Made by a program: the position numbers and the translations under genes
The notes under the pieces: generated by a model
The model's database searches: none
What the model saw: the letters and a program-made list of their open reading frames with translations, nothing else
What the model was told of the DNA's origin: nothing
Shown here: piece after piece, positions 9,780 to 21,489 of the stretch
Position numbering within the stretch: position 1 is the first letter of the stretch
Layout of the letters: the number at the start of each line of letters is the position of its first letter
Source of the DNA: Ancylonema sp.
Taxonomy: Eukaryota
Length of the DNA: 45,490 nucleotides
Assembly: GCA_050230475.1 (NCBI GenBank)
Contig: JBFLGF010000035.1
Location: 62,001-107,490 of the forward strand
Direction of reading: 5' to 3'

Positions 9780-12700
9780 TTGAGCCACATTTGGACATTC
9801 CAATCAATTTCATTTTCACTCCCAACACAGCTGGCCCCACCGACTTTGTCATCATGTTCGCTCCCATGAGCTCGGTCCTCACGTCGACCAACTTCACCAT
9901 TCCCATCTCCACTCGCCTCCGAATGAAGTGCCACATGTCACGGATGTGCTTGCTCCTCCCGTGGTACACCGGGTTCTCAGCCAGTGACTTTGCAGACTGA
10001 CTGTCGGTTAGCAAGTCCGATACACTTCACCTTTGAACCTCCACCAGTCCCCCCTTCCTTCTCCTTCAGTTCCCCGAGATAGCTCGCCTCCTGCGCAGCT
10101 AGTGTGAGTCCCATGTACTCGGTCTCGCAGGAGCTGAGAGAGTCGCTCCCCACTCTCTTGCTTGCCCCATGAGACAGATGCCCCACCTGACATAAAGACA
10201 TAAGCAACTCGCCCCTTTCCAGTGTCGGGGCAACTCGTTGAGAGGCATCGACATACCCCCACAGATCCTTAGCTCCCCTCTTGTACGGGCAACCCATGCC
10301 TGCTGTCCCACTTAGATATCGCAACACCCGAACCACACTCTCCCAATGCTTGATCCCCATATTGGCATTGAAGCGACTGAGCTCACTTACTGCTTGGCTG
10401 ATATCGGGTCTGGTGCACACGGCGAGGTACATTAGTTTCCCTATTACCTGCCGGTAAGGGTAAGCCTCCATCTTCGCCTTCCCCAGGTCATCCCCGGGGC
10501 TGTCGACCACCGACAGCTTCACACCTGGCTCCAAGGGGGTGCTGGCTAGTGCTCCACCATCATCAGCATCTGCCGTAACCGCCGTTTTCTCGATGAGACG
10601 AAGCGGGGGTACTCCCCTTCTCTCCCTTCCGCTCATTCTTGACGCATGGACACCCTCTATCTGTGGAGGGTCATCTTCATCGACGTCCGAAAGCGGTCCT
10701 CCACCTCCTGAGCTTCCGGCTCCTGGACTTCCACCTCCGGGACTTCCACCTCCAGGACCTCCATCTCCGGGACCTTCACCTCCGTGAGCCACTACATCAC
10801 CTCCACCATCCGCATGATCGTCATCAGGTGGCGGAGGAGCCTGTACTGCGGGTGGTTCCTCCTCGAGGTCCAGCCCCTCCATGAGATTGAGGGGTGCGTC
10901 TTCCTCCCACGTCTTCGGCTTTAGGGCTGCGGGTGGCTTCTTCCACCATCCTCCTCCGACGAGCTCATCGAAGTCGGGTCCCCGAACATCCCACACCTTG
11001 TGCGAAACAGGGTTCCATACCCTGTAACCGGGAGTGTTGACAGAGTACCCCACCAAGAGTCCCATCCACGCCTTCGCTCCGTACTTCCCTTGCTCCCCCA
11101 CCTTGTCAAGCTGGCAAAATGCTTTACAGCCAATGACCCTCAAGTGCTCCACCGAAGGCTTCTCCCCTGTCCACATCTGGAGAGGGGTGACTGAAAGGGA
11201 AGAGGTAGGATTTCGCCCCACAGCGACCCGGGCAGACCGGACTCCAGCATCATTGTTCGCGCTTTGTTGTGCAACGTCCTGTTCATCCGCTCCGCGATCC
11301 CATTGCTTTGCGAAGAGTAGCTCGGAGTGGTCTGCTGTACAATCCCCCGAAGACTGAGCCAGTCCTTGAACTTCCCCGAGAGAAATTGCCCACCGTTGTC
11401 TGAACGTAGTCGCTTGAGCTTCTTCCCGGTTTGTAGCTCCACTTGAGGAATCCACCTCATTAACGCATCAACTGCGTCGCTCTTCTTCGCCAACAGCTTG
11501 GCGAAGGCTCGCTGGGAGTACGTGTCAACGAGTACCATATCGTACACCTTGCCTCCAAGCGTCTGAGGCCTATTCGGCCCTGCCAAGTCCACCACCACCA
11601 GGTGTCGAGCAGATCCACACTTTTGTTGTTGACCGCAGCTGCAGGATGTGGCTTTTGAAAGCGTCCCTAGCTTACAGAAGTCGCACCCTCCCAGCTCCTC
11701 TATCTTCACCTTGCTTACACCCCGGACCATGTCGTCTCGTAGCATCTTCTGCATAGCATCATAGTCCTTGAGTGTCCCATTCTCCGATGAAGTAGTCCCA
11801 CTGTCAACTCCGCTTTGGCGTTGAAGCTGTCGAAAGTGTGTCTGCGGCGCAGCTCCGCTGCTACTGTCGGTGTGTGCCACGAGTCGGCAATCAAGAGTCG
11901 CCCTTCCCGTTGACAACAGTCATTGATGCCACATGAATGAGACCGGATTCCGACCTCTTCTTGATGAGGCATTTTCCTTCGACCTCTCCGTACACAGGAA
12001 TGAACCCACCCCTGAGAACCCGCTGCAAAGAGAAGAGGTTCACGTTAATGTTGGAATCAACGTCTCGCGCAGCTTCACGATGTGCTTTCCATTTTGCACC
12101 ATCACCTCCAACAATACCGTTCCCCAATCTATTCACCACACCCTGGACTTGACGAATTCTCGTCCCCGGCGAGGTCGACTTCCACGATCATCGCCTCTGG
12201 CTCTCCGATTACGACTTCGCACACGAAGCTCTCGTAGTCGTCGAATTGACCTGCCTCCGGCTGCTTCCGCTGCCCATCTGCTCCGCTTCCGCTTCCACTC
12301 CCACTGGCGCGGTCACTGGTCTTACACATCGTTTGGAGATGTCCGACCTTTCCGCACTTTCGGCATTTTTCGTCTTTCTTGGCGCAGTTGGGCTTGATGT
12401 GTCCCTCCTGCCCGCAGCAGTAGCAGGTGACGTCTTTGTTGCCCGTCATGCTGTCGCCTCGTCCACGTCCTCCGATGGCGCGTCCACCGTGACCGGAGAA
12501 CCGTCCAGATCCGCGATCTGAACCTCTTCCGCCTCTTGAACTGGTGCCCTGGCTCCAGTTAGATTCGCCGTCTGCTCGATTCGCCTGGCCGCCTATTTTG
12601 ACTTTGCCGCCCGCGTTTGACTTTTGAAACTCCGAGTCAATGTCACGTATTTGCGCTTTGAGCCCGATCAAATCCGAACGAGACGGAATTGGCGCCAGGA

Positions 12701-13242
12701 GGTAGCTCTGCTTCAGGAACGAATATAAATTCTCGTCAAGGTCGACTCCCTGATCCACGCAAATCAAGACGATGTTTTCGAACCGATCAATTGTCGCGTT
12801 CGCCGCGATTGTGGCGTTCGCCGTTTCGTCCTCACGATGCGCAAAATTCAGCAAATTCATCTAAGCGGATTCGGCCTCCGCTTCTGATCTGCGCTCGAAT
12901 TTTTCTCGAAGCCGGCCCCATATCAGGACAGGATCTTCATCCACCGCCTGTACGGCGTGCACTTCCTCATCACTCATTGAGGTAATGAGAACTGCCGCGG
13001 CACGATCTCTTCACCCATGATACTCTGATCAGGGTTGCAGCCGCACGTTCGGCCGCTCCGGCGCCCGTTGGAGCCGTGGCAGGAGGCTCCGCCTCAGCTG
13101 CGCTAACTGATCTCCAGCAGTCCATCACCTTAAGCTGAGCCTTGATATTAGAGGACCAAGCTCTATAGTTGTCCTTGCGCAGAAGCGCCAGCGGTCTGAT
13201 ACCTTCAGCTCTGATACCACTGTTACCTGAAGTGTCCGCCAT
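9780..13242 (-). pseudogene. Frameshifted copia gag-pol
   Basis: Two CCHC knuckles (CYCCGQEGHIKPNC, CRKCGKVGHLQTMC). Integrase motifs HRRMGH/CDFC, VDLAGP, RSDNGGQF, NGIAERMNRT. RT C-terminus PYRQVIGKLMYLAVCTRPDI with the RT core deleted. RNase H GYVDAS, TDSQSA, HGRSKHI. Confidence 0.95.
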
Positions 13243-13524
13243 ACTGGTCCGGAGCAACAATCAGGATTTTCTCTAATCACACAAGTTAGGAACGCACTTG
13301 CGTGTAAAGCAAACAATAATCCATTGAGTGCAATTCACATTCACAATCCTGCATATACTATACACGACTCATACGATGAAGAGAAGGACACGCACAGCCT
13401 TAAGCCAAATATGCAAGAGAATTAATTATGGCGACAATGTTTTGCCTATATGCTCGAGGAGTGCCGGATGCTTGGCGAACACTAAAAACCGTTAATCAAC
13501 CTACAGTACCAATGCGTTCATATC

Positions 13525-14179
13525 TAATACCATTGGGGTCTGCCATCAGGCTAGATCACTCACTAATGGGTTTCAGGTGCTTAATATGAATTAAACACAG
13601 CTCATAGCGTAGACAATACACCATGCTTCAGTCCCATGTACTCAAATGAAAATGCCAGTGTAACGGTATATCGACTACGCGAATTAATTAAATCCGTCTC
13701 AATTGTCTTTCCTATATACTCTCAATTCCATGCGAATTCCCTGAATTCTACGACGAACGCGAACAAAAGTCTCGTGCACAAAGTGCAATACCGAACTAAT
13801 CTGTTTCGTGAATTTGCCACGCGCCCCATGCGAAACGGATTAAAGTTAACGCGCCCATTTAAACTAAATGCGCCCGACATGAAACTAAGCACCGTACAAA
13901 TAATGCGTGCTCCCATAATCGAACTGAACACGCCCATAATAAAACCGAACACTCCCATGAAAACATTACGCGCGCCCGACATGACACTGAGCACGCTCAT
14001 GCAAATATTGCGTGCGCCCGGGGCGTAAGCGCCCTTATGCCATCCCTTAGGAACCGACTAATCTAATTCAAACAACTGACGCTCGCTCGCGCTCGCGCGT
14101 CCTAATCACTAAAGGCTGAAGCTATACTTATTCAGATTACAAACATTCCGTACACCCTAAGGTTAACCGGAATCCAACA
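13525..14179. mobile_element. Solo LTR (655 bp) nested in the copia 5' LTR
   Basis: Absent from the sister LTR and flanked by ATATC (13520-13524, 14180-14184). Its right end TAACCGGAATCCAACA resembles the host end TAACCGGATTCGAACA. Internal ~21-nt degenerate repeats at 13820-14035. Confidence 0.85.
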
Positions 14180-15493
14180 ATATCAGCCGACACTATGCAT
14201 ATTCCGTACACATAATTCAAGTGAAACTATGACAAGCGCGCACGCGCGCGAATTCAACTCATGCAAACGTAACTAAATGACGAATCAACTTCCCATCACA
14301 TTCTCCATCTCGAACACGGCTGGAATTAAAGAATATTCAGATTACAACCGGATAACCGGATTCGAACACACTATTCCTGTCACCACTACACCTTCGCCTT
14401 GGCCTTCCACGCCCTCGACGTATGTGGCGTGCTCATGCGACCACACACTCGATTTGGGACCCACCATCTACACCTCTTCGCACGACTCAATGCGCGATGC
14501 GGTTTACCACATTCGTGAGTCGCGCGAGCATGCGTAACGAGTGCACACTGGCTTTCCTCCTTCACTAGCTCGTAGGGGGTGCGTGTTAGCACGTGGATAT
14601 TGTCAGTTCGGATGTTGCAGCGTATCACACATTGATAGACTTTGTCGTTGCGGACCCTACCCGTCGCGACTTGGTGGTTAGCGTCAACTAACCTTATTGT
14701 CCTTGCCAATGCGGAGCGATGGAGAGAGTCACACACTCCGGATCGCACGTCGACATTTTCGCCATTTTTCTTTTATACATATGGTGCACTTTCTAGCATG
14801 CCCCGATTACTCAAGTGTGCACGGCTAGCTTGTAGAGAGTAGCCAAGATACTGATGTTTACATAATTTCATGTAACGTTTGAATTTTTTCATCATGTTGA
14901 CATGAAATAAGGTGCAGCATGAATGTTAGTGAATCAAGTCACCAAAATTGACAATCTGAATTGCAACGACATTCGGTAACTACAACATACTTTGTTAATT
15001 ATAGTCAAAATTGGTCGTTAAATTGCTGATCACATAATAAATTTTAAATTCGTATTCACATATCATGTAGACAAGAGTCTCGCGACGTGAGACCCGCGAA
15101 CAAGAGACAAATGAAGAAAAAAAAGTAAAGCGAAAGGAGCGCACGGAGATGTTGCGAGTTGCATCAAGAATCGTTGACGTGGTTGGTGTACGATATGTAT
15201 TTGCGTGAGTGTAGAATGGTGCGAATAAACTACCAAAAAATTGATGAATTGATCCAATCCTTTTAGTAGTGCGTTTTGGGTCGGGTACGGTTGTTTCGAA
15301 AACAATCATTCATGGCGAACCCAGTTATCCGTTTTATTTGTCATATGAAGAAGGTGATTGCCGAAGTCGACCAACATCGGTACACATATTTTCGAACTGG
15401 ATACGTACGCATTTTCTCGAGAACTCACTTAGCGCGAAGTGCAGATATTGTTGGTGAACTGTGCAAGAGTATCTGCGAACGTAGAATTAGTTG

Positions 15494-16381
15494 TGCTGTG
15501 CCATCTAGCATCGTTTGCTCCCACACGTGTAAAGCCACCACACTAACAAACATTTCAACACGTATCTTCCCACACGTGCGACAACACCTGATAACGAACG
15601 CCATCTCACACGTGTCAACTCGCATGTGTGGACTAACGTTCCCTACACCTGCATACCCATGCCATGTGCCTAACAAAATGCATCTCTCCCCAACATCTTC
15701 AGTATCGAGTGCTGGCGCGCAACTCGTACACATCTCCTACCCCATGTGCAAAATACATCCGACCAAGAGTTACCAAAGGCAAGGTATCGCCTGAGTTCTG
15801 AACGTGAGTGCTCGAAACTACAATATGCGTCTGTACTCTGAATTCTACCATTGACTCTACAGACCAAGATATCGATCGATCCACAGCTCGTTACAATCGC
15901 AGTCAAGGATATGTTGCAAGTACCAGCCCAGATGTAGACAACGAATTAAGAGTGCACATTGTATGCAATGAAAGCGTTGAACACCACCGAGGCACACTTT
16001 GAAACTCAAAGGGTTGCGAATATGTAATGTACGGTCCTTAGTTGTAGCTAGGACCGGATCTGTAGGCACACTGACTTATCGTCAAGCGATCGTACGAGTA
16101 TGTTTGGACCAAATATTCCGCGCGCTTGTGCCTAGTGCAACTACACATCGCTATCGTTCTCGATCTTAGCTTTGATCCGTACCGTACGTCGACGGCACAT
16201 TACTGACAGGTGCGCGCGCGTGCAAAGTCATGCACCGCCGCCTAAGGATACCCCGGGTTTTCTGTAATTCCCTACAACAAATTGCACCTGCGATATCGCG
16301 AAACAACGTGAGCCACACCACCGCACGCGCTAGCTCTTGGTTGCAATTGTGTATATGCACAAGATCATATATGGACCGATA
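15494..16381 (-). mobile_element. Solo LTR S2 (diverged subfamily)
   Basis: Left end TGCTGTGCCATCTAGCATCG matches S5. Right end GCACAAGATCATATATGGACCGATA matches the family terminus. Contains the CACGTG cluster and GGCAAGG box. Flanks are GTTG/ATTG. Confidence 0.75.
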
Positions 16382-16508
16382 ATTGCATGTAAAAAAGAGA
16401 GAATTGCAGTGAGGAATAAAAACCCAAAAAAAACCCATATAATCCGTTCTGCGCATCGGGAAGACCGATTCATCGAAAGTGCACTCTGGTTTGGTTGTAC
16501 AGTAAATA

Positions 16509-17014
16509 CTCATTATAGATACACACGTTGTACGCTCAATCGCGTTATAGGCACCAAAATCGTTGGTATCGACTTTCCCCTGCCAAATCGTCTTCGTTAT
16601 AGGCATTAGCACAACATGTTATAGGCAAGAAATGAAGGGAAAATCCGTGCCTATATTGAGTTATGAGTCAGAAATTATGACGTCATAATATGTGGCGACG
16701 TCAACTTGCAACGAAAGGAAAAAAATCGATGAAACCTCATCTATTTTATTTTTCTATTAAGAGTGGTCATAATGAATTTGTACTTGTTCACGCGTCAATC
16801 GGCCAATATGTCGAAATTGCATAACAAAAAAAGTACACCGATATGACAGACGACGTTCCCGAGATCCGGGAGCCAAATTTTGGATTTTTCTCGTTACAGG
16901 CATATCTGACCTCAGGGCCCCTAGCAAACGTGCCTATAACGTGTGTACACGTTTCAGATATAGCCACGTTGCAGGCACACATTTCCCGTGTCCCAAAGGT
17001 GTGGTTATAACGAA
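16509..17014. mobile_element. Second, diverged MITE copy, inverted relative to 8749-9210
   Basis: The reverse complement shares ATTTGGCA.GG.AAAGTCGATA, GCAATTTCGAC and AGGCACGTTTGCTAGGGGC blocks in colinear order. TIRs are imperfect. Confidence 0.75.
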
Positions 17015-17325
17015 TATTTAATGTACGGGGACTTTACGCTTACGTGTCAGATCCTCAGATCATATTGACGAATGAGAGTTCGCGAGGTAGATGACGCAGC
17101 AATATAGCACCCGCTATGATTCGCTGACAAACAAAAATCGCCCAGGTGGCAGTATCGAATGGGGTGGCCATGAACGGGATAAGGTGTAATTTCGTCCATG
17201 TTATGCACTGTTCGCCACCCACATTCCAGATTCCGTCTTACATGCACTCCTGCTGAACTACCGCAGAAACGACATTATTATCCACCCACAAGGCAATCGT
17301 CAGATTCGAACAATAGTATATTGCA

Positions 17326-18833
17326 ATGGCTACCGCTCTTGCCAACCAAGCATGTTTAGCAGCTCCTGTAACCACCGCGACCTACCAGACCAAGAAGACG
17401 AATCTGAGCCTGAACAGGGCGTTCTTCGGGAAGGGCGTTGGATTCACTGTCTCTCCCCAGAAGACCCAGGCTGCACGTGAACTGACTGCGCGCGCCGGTG
17501 CTGAGAAGGTATGATTCGTAGCCATCAAGTTGTGGGATAGATATATATAGAATCCACTCCTCGAGTAAAGAAGCAGCTATCAGACCTGAATACGAATCAC
17601 ACAGGGTAACGCGAGGTAGGATCATGCAGCTGAAGATTTAATGAAGCATGACGAAGCCCACGAGATTGCCACCATAAACACGTGACAAGGACAGAAGTGT
17701 GAAGTTTGCATGAGGTGGAGGTGGAGTATGTTATGTAGAGTACAGACCAGCAGCCTTCTCGTGATGAAGAGGCTGCTGGTATTGGCGAAATCGCCCGCCG
17801 TGTATCTAATGCGGCGTGACATTCGCTCATTGCAGTTCCAAGTCATTGAGCCCATCAACGGCGATCCTTTCGTTGGCTCTTTCGAGACCCCCGTCACCAG
17901 CAGCCCCCTTATCGCCTGGTATCTGTCCAACTTGCCCGCCTACAGGACATCCGTGAACCCCCTCCTCCGAGGAGTGGAGGTTGGCTTGGCCCATGGTTTC
18001 CTCCTTGTCGGACCATTTGTCAAGGTCAGATGTCACTGCATTTCACATATGCATAAGGAGTACCCGCCAACTTTTTCGAATCTCTTGGTCCCCTTTGTCC
18101 TAGGCTGACATATGATAACACAGTTGTGCATGTTAAATTCAAATCTGTTGACGATCATCTGGGAAGGAAAGGAATAAAGTATGTATACCCGTCTCAGCTG
18201 AGCTCAACGCCAGAGTCATTCTTCTGATCGCAGGCTGGTCCTTTGAGGAACACCGAAGTGGCCGGACTTGCAGGCACCTTCGCTGCTGGTGGCCTTGTGG
18301 CCATCCTTAGTGTATGCTTGACCATCTACGGGATCGCCACCTTCAAGGAGGGAGCTCCTTCTCAAGCTGCCTCTCTCACCTTGACTGGACGAGAGAAGAC
18401 TGCTGACAAGCTCCAGGTCCGTCAAATTAATCTGTCCCTTCCCATCCTTGAGGTCTCTTTTCTCGATGTTGTTGAAAAGATCCTACCACTGATACACTTG
18501 GGCTGTGCTACAATGATTGGAATTTGGAGTGCTGAACTGCCGGTCGCGGCAAAGAATCGTTGTCGTTGACAAGAATATCATTGAGTGGCGGGACCTCACT
18601 ACCTGGTGAACAAAAATATCGAGCATTGTTCATCTTAGGTTTGCTGTTGTCAATCATTCCTTATCTCATCGTCGTCGCACCTGGCTCACGCCTAGCGCCA
18701 TCTGTTTCGTGTCCTTCAGACTGCTGAAGGATGGGCGAGCTTCTCTGGGGGCTTCTTTTTCGGAGGTCTCTCTGGTGCGACGTGGGCATACATCCTGCTT
18801 TACGTCTTGGCCCTCCCCTACCCCGTGAAGTAG
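17326..18833 (+). CDS. PSAL: Photosystem I subunit XI (PsaL) precursor, 222 aa; exons 17326-17508, 17836-18024, 18234-18416, 18720-18833
   Basis: Transit-peptide-like exon 1, then [78 protein letters not shown]. All introns are GT-AG and the frame is intact. Confidence 0.98.
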
Positions 18834-21489
18834 GCGAAAATACTTGTCCCAATGTTACTTGGTTTTGTTGTCAATCAAAAGTGATCAAAATTAGTTTTTG
18901 CTCCGTGTACAGTCGACCTTAGACATGAATGGTGAATAGAATGGTGCATCAGTCAGATTGTGCCGGTGATGTCTTTGGTATTTAGCAATTTTGGTAACAG
19001 TCTGGGTGGTATTGCGTAGCCATTCAAAGGTGGTTGCTAAATACACAGAATCCATAAATTTTAAATGATCTCCGCCATGGCTAATGACTGAGGGAGGCAT
19101 AATGGGATCTACCTTAAGTCTGAATACTCGTTTCTGGTGAAGAAAGTCTGTTAGGTTACTGTTAGAAATGCCTTTTCGTCCGTTTACTTTGTACTCATTT
19201 AATCACTGCGTGGGGTCCTAGAAGCAATCACATGCGCCATTTAGTATGGAATTGTGTCAGAATTCGAAGAGTATATCTTTCTCACTAATGTATTTATATA
19301 TTTGTGTGTGTGTGTATGTGTGCATAATATATGCACACATGTGTGTTTGTTTGAGTAGTATGTCTTTTCCTCATTACTTGTGTCCTTGTGAACTAATAGT
19401 GTTAGTCATAGTGATGAAGCTTCCAATTGATACATTACAATGCGCCGATTTTATGTCCATAAAAATTGATCATCGCCATTAAAATCTTCACTTTCAACCT
19501 AGCTAAGGATGGCAGCGATATGTTAGCACAATTATTATTAGCACGCATTATATGGCACAATGTCACAATGAGGTTCCTAGAAATGCGGGAGAGTATGTGA
19601 ATGTGCTTATTGTGGTGTTTGCATTCATCATATGGACATACTGAATACCCCCACGTGAGTTTTGTGGATACATGTTCCTGATGACATCTTTACTCGACGA
19701 AGATTTGGCCCATGGACAATAATGACTACAGGAATCATAGTGGTCCCGCGGAGTCCATTGTTCCAATTTGTTTTGGTGGGGCTAACGGATGTGCTAAATC
19801 TTCACCCACCACTGCATGGTTGACATCAAGGGGGTCCACTTCCAAAAAACCAAATTTATAGAGTTCCAAAACATCCGCTGACTTGGTCAGCTCTATATCT
19901 ACGAGGTGTTTTAAGGACTAACTGAATAGTATGGTAATCTTCAGGCGTAGTGAAGTGAATGAAGTGGTTTGTAGAAATACATTGGTGTCACAACATTTAG
20001 ACTAAAAAGTTGATCGATATATTTTACAACTCTGTCCGAGACAAAATGCAATACTTCCAATGCACGCGTTGGGATAGCGACAATAGTTACGATTCGCTAA
20101 GCGAATTGACGACTACATATATCGGCCAACTATGCCTGACCCAATACAATATCAAGTTTTCCCTCTCAGTAGTAAACAAACTCAGCAATAATAAAAACGG
20201 ATTATTCATATCTTTGATTTCCCGCCCCTCTCTTTCTAAAAGCAACACGACTTTGCCTTGGCCTCCTACATCCTTGTCTCGCGACTTATGTGTCGTGCGC
20301 CGGATATCCTCCTTCATCAACTCTTGGGTGGCAAGTAGAGCGTGTGGACATTGCGATTTCGGATTTTGAAGCGGACATCTTGGCACTTCCCTCTAATTCG
20401 CCATTAGTCTCATGTTCCTCAATCTCCCCAATATCCCCCTCATCTTCATTTTCACTATTTTCAACCTCAACCGCTACTTACCATAGCTGCAGCATGTGTA
20501 ACTTCAAATAGAGCAGGAACAGTAGTTGATATTTTGGCGGTTGCAGCTACTGCCACACTCTCTACCTTCTACCTACCCTTAGGCTTGCAGTCTAGCAATC
20601 AAGTGCTTCTTCCTAATCAAGTAATACAATTTCTCTTCTTTATCCATTGCAATGATATCCATGTCACACAATGCATCGTTGTTGACCTCCATATCGATTA
20701 TTGCATTCAGGTCTATCGCAATTGTATTTTTTGTCCCTTCTACCATTTCTTACCGTCCAATCTTAGCTTTCTGTGTGAAGGCCTCTAAGTATGCAGTTAG
20801 TGACCCTTGACTCTCCCTCTCGTCCTCGTCCTTTCTAGCGACCTCGTTCATCGTCATCCTAGCCTTCTTTGCCACCTCTCGCTTTCATGTCCCGACTATT
20901 GTCGTTGAGGCTTCGGCTACCTTCTACAGTCTGTTTTTTATATGGTCGTTGTGTCGGAAGCGCTAGTCGATCGGCGAGCGCCATCTGCGTCGTAACCATC
21001 TGTTGATGGCCTCCTCTTCTGCACACATGCGTAGTGTCGTTTTTTCTCACAAATGTTGCACGTGTTGAATCGACATCCTGTGATGTCGATGAAACTGGAA
21101 ACTGGACTTTGCGCACGCGTATTCAGTAACACGCCATGGCCGAGATGAATACCAGTCAAGAATATTAGGTTGTCGACAGAGAGTACAGGAAGCTATATTC
21201 TAGCGGTCCTCTTGAGGCTCACCGGAACTGAGCACTCTACTCTATCGACGAATAGGAACAGAGAAGCGTCGGAGTACCGGCCAGACACTCTGAGTGTACA
21301 ACAGTCCGGACTCGCTAGATAGAACTAGTCGCTGTATCGCGAAACGAAGTGAACTAACCCTAAGTTGACCGAGACGCGGACCGGGTGTTTCATACGATGT
21401 GCACATATGTCATTATTACACTCAACACACCCCCCTAATGACAAATGTGCTAACTAAAACAATAATACTAAAACAATATCAAATCAGGC

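Larger units (their letters stand above)
9248..14368 (-). mobile_element. Ty1/copia LTR retrotransposon, defective
   Basis: LTRs 9248-9736 and 13221-14368 (TGTT...AACA). TSD CACTA at 9243-9247 and 14369-14373. tRNA-iMet PBS TGGTATCAGAGC at 13219-13208. PPT at ~9737-9746. Domain order gag-PR-IN-RT-RH. Confidence 0.97.

Noticed and set aside
15000..16500. Ancient copia relic (FDESVFP near 16460-16480, VPDPK near 15280, minus strand)
   Set aside because: Only two short motifs; too weak to annotate.
19900..21050. Purine-rich minus-strand ORF fragments
   Set aside because: Multiple stops and no assignable domain.
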